DNA of 64,000 nucleotides from Pavona decussata (Eukaryota): NCBI GenBank assembly GCA_977016875.1, contig CDRNST010000123.1, positions 4,650,001 to 4,714,000 of the forward strand, read 5' to 3'. Shown piece by piece: positions 62,940 to 64,000 of this stretch (position 1 is its first letter; each line of letters starts with the position of its first letter). The notes under the pieces were generated by a model. It saw only the letters and a program-made list of their open reading frames with translations, ran no database searches and was not told where the DNA came from. The position numbers and the translations under genes were made by a program.

Positions 62940-63968
62940 ATGTAACCAAAAATGAAGCAGAAAAGATGGCAAAACAGACTTACAAATTCCAGCATAGTTG
63001 GCTGAACAAACGATCCCTGTCATTTTGTGCTACAACTGAGATGTAGTGGCCTGTTTATGTTGAAGGCGAGGGACTTTACTTCTTATTGTGCAAAAAGTAT
63101 GACACATCTAACCTTCAAAACAAGTCGAAGATTTTAAACAAGAAGCCTTGTAAACGATTACGTCCTGAAGCTTTAGAAGACCACTGCCGTACGGCGCAAC
63201 ACAAGAATGCAGTGGCTTCTGAAATGCTACAGAGGGTTTCGGTCTTCCAGGGTTTCAGTCGCAGAAGATGTGCTGATCAAGGCACTTACAGCGGCATATT
63301 GGATCATGAAAGAAGAGCTGCCTAACCACAAGATCAAATCACTTCTTAACCTGTTAGAAGAGTTGGGACTGACAGATTTAAAGCATTTTCTTCACAGATT
63401 CCAAGGCGCATTGAGAGAAATTTTCTTGACAATAGGAAAAACTGTGGAAAATATCTTTCTCTGCAGTATAAAGCAAGGAACACATTTTGGCCTTTTAGTA
63501 GACAATGCAACTGATATCTCTGTTATGGAACAGATGATAATGTTTGCACAATTTTATGACAAATCAAGTGGATTAACTAAGACTGGTTTCTTGTCTATCA
63601 ATAATCTCATGGAGGATTCAACATCTGCAAATTCAAGCATCATCACCAATTGCATAATCCAGAATATGGATAAGTTTGGTTTAGATTTCAATAAATTGTC
63701 ATCATTTGAATCTGATGGGGCTTCTGTTATGACCGGCGTGAGAAACAGAGTTGCTGTTAAGTTGAAAGAACTTAACCCACAATTGATAAACTTTCACTGT
63801 ATTTGCCACAGACTGGCATTAGCTTGTACCGACTCCTTGGAAAATGTGTCTTACATCAAAAGTGTCCTGACATGGCTGACTCAGTTATGGAGAATGTATC
63901 AAAATTCACCAAAGAAGATGGCTGTGTTCCGAACTGAAAATTTATATTCCGCGTTTCATTTTGTGTAA
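62940..63968 (+). pseudogene. hAT transposase (ZNF862/KIAA1586-like), degenerate
   Basis: TTF-type zinc-finger remnant (FQHSWL...LLCKKY...LEDH...QHK), GLLVDNATDIS, SDGASVMTG and HCICHRLALA (CxxH). Stops and a frameshift present. Confidence 0.88.
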
Positions 63969-64000
63969 GGCGCATTGCGTGTGTATGAGTGGAGACTAAG

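Overview
This is AT-rich eukaryotic DNA; the repeat families and gene style suggest an anthozoan, probably a stony coral (inference). Two likely host genes are visible. One is a 2-exon ANTP/NKL homeobox gene related to Barx/Bsx (1819-3567) whose splice acceptor is tandemly duplicated. The other is a 4-exon gene (about 13631-18325) that the ORF track captures only in part. It encodes a 76-aa secreted prepropeptide ending in QCCVVCRPHCLCCYS, a CC-C-C-CC pattern matching conotoxin framework III (mini-M). The rest is nested mobile DNA: a full-length AcademX element (29827-37749) inside an intron-containing P-element-like transposase pseudogene; EnSpm/CACTA, Harbinger, hAT, Kolobok-like and piggyBac-like pieces; BEL/Pao and DIRS-like gag relics; LINE and SINE fragments; and three Penelope-like loci with hammerhead motifs. 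One of these is a near-intact RT element with no GIY-YIG endonuclease and a canonical hammerhead upstream of its ORF. There are also two tandem segmental duplications, an old one of about 2.9 kb and a near-identical one of 3599 bp. All calls come from manual reading and remembered family motifs; no searches were run.
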